Origin: a virus
Taxonomy: Duplodnaviria > Caudoviricetes
IMG/VR virus record: IMGVR_UViG_3300014169_000022
Span: 1-25,121 of that record
DNA length: 25,121 nt
Direction: 5' to 3' (one strand)
Shown here: positions 24,360 to 25,121 of the stretch, one piece after another
How the letters are laid out: each line of letters starts with the position of its first letter
Position numbering within the stretch: position 1 is the stretch's first letter
Notes under the pieces: generated by a model
The model's database searches: none
Told to the model about the DNA's origin: nothing
Seen by the model: only the letters and a program-made list of their open reading frames with translations
Translations under genes and position numbers: made by a program

Positions 24360-25079
24360 ATGCCGTCCCCTCTAGTCATCATAAAGAATGAAAGTCTTTT
24401 AGTTCGAACATCAGATTTATCGAAAGGTTTCGGTGTCGAACATCGAGACCTCAAAAACATCATCAATAAGTATAAAACTGAGTTTGAAGAGTGGGGGGTT
24501 ATTGCATTTGAAATGCATAAACCTACCTCGAAAAAAGGGGGTAGACCTATCGATGATTTTTTGCTAAATGAGGAACAGGCAACCTATCTTTGTACACTGC
24601 TTAGAAATCATGACATGGCTAGATCTTTCAAAAGAACTCTGACTAGAGAATTTTTTAGACAAAGGCGATTCTTGATAAAACTCCTTTCTCAAAAACAAAA
24701 TAGAGAATGGTTAGAAAAACGAGAGGCTGGAAAAATCGAGAGGAGATTGGAAACTGACACTATAAAAGAATTTGTTGATTACGCTAAATCTCAAGGAAGC
24801 TGTAATGCTGAAAAGTACTACATGATCATATCCAAAATGGAAAACAATTCACTATTTGCCTTAGATTTTATTGGGCAAAAGTTTCCGAATCTTCGCGACA
24901 TATTGGATGGGTTCGCTCTCGACTCATTAAAAATGGCGGATCATATTGTAGCTAAGTCTTTAAAGGATGGGATGTTAGAGAAATTAAATTATAAAGATAT
25001 CTATAAAAAGTGCAGAGATTGTGTTGAACAATATGCAAAACTTATGGGAAAGACCCCATTAAGGCTAACCTTAAAATGA
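24360..25079 (+). CDS. Rha-family phage regulatory / antirepressor-like protein
   Basis: 'TSDLSKGFGVEHRDL', 'GGRP...FLLNEEQATYLCTLLRN...FKRTLTREFF'. ATG at 24360 with SD AAGGTG. Confidence 0.8.
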   Translation: MPSPLVIIKNESLLVRTSDLSKGFGVEHRDLKNIINKYKTEFEEWGVIAFEMHKPTSKKGGRPIDDFLLNEEQATYLCTLLRNHDMARSFKRTLTREFFRQRRFLIKLLSQKQNREWLEKREAGKIERRLETDTIKEFVDYAKSQGSCNAEKYYMIISKMENNSLFALDFIGQKFPNLRDILDGFALDSLKMADHIVAKSLKDGMLEKLNYKDIYKKCRDCVEQYAKLMGKTPLRLTLK

Positions 25080-25121
25080 CTGAGTCAATCATTCCCCTTT
25101 TCGATAGCTCGTTTAAAGAAC

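Noticed and set aside
1-25121. Integrase, reverse transcriptase/DGR, retron, lysin or known defence system
   Set aside because: No diagnostic motifs were found in any ORF in this window.

Overview
A 25-kb segment of a tailed dsDNA phage or prophage, probably a P22/N4-like podovirus. No integrase or lysis genes lie in the window. Positions 1-9454 (minus strand) carry the packaging and head module: two tiny basic ORFs, TerS, TerL, portal, scaffold, an N4-gp56-type major capsid, a decoration-like protein and a putative head-tail/tail-tube protein. Positions 9738-11272 (+) hold a small early operon. Positions 11249-15737 (-) encode recombination functions (Bet/RecT-like, YqaJ exonuclease), an SPFH protein and an HTH protein. 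Positions 15807-20701 (+) encode replication functions (an initiator with internal iterons, a DnaC-like ATPase) and accessory ORFs. Positions 20691-24258 (-) encode RusA and accessory genes, followed by a Rha-family gene (+). The most unusual features are non-coding or very small. (i) Several intergenic promoter-hairpin-terminator units have hairpins complementary to ribosome-binding regions of other phage genes, suggesting a phage sRNA network. (ii) A hairpin loop after the capsid genes is complementary to a 9-12 nt motif at the starts of several late genes. (iii) A tRNA-Lys-like RNA has a roughly doubled anticodon arm and follows two tandem paralogues. (iv) An unannotated 47-aa secreted peptide carries triple WD motifs. 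All protein family calls come from motif recognition by eye, not from database searches. A chlamydial-type host is a weak inference only.
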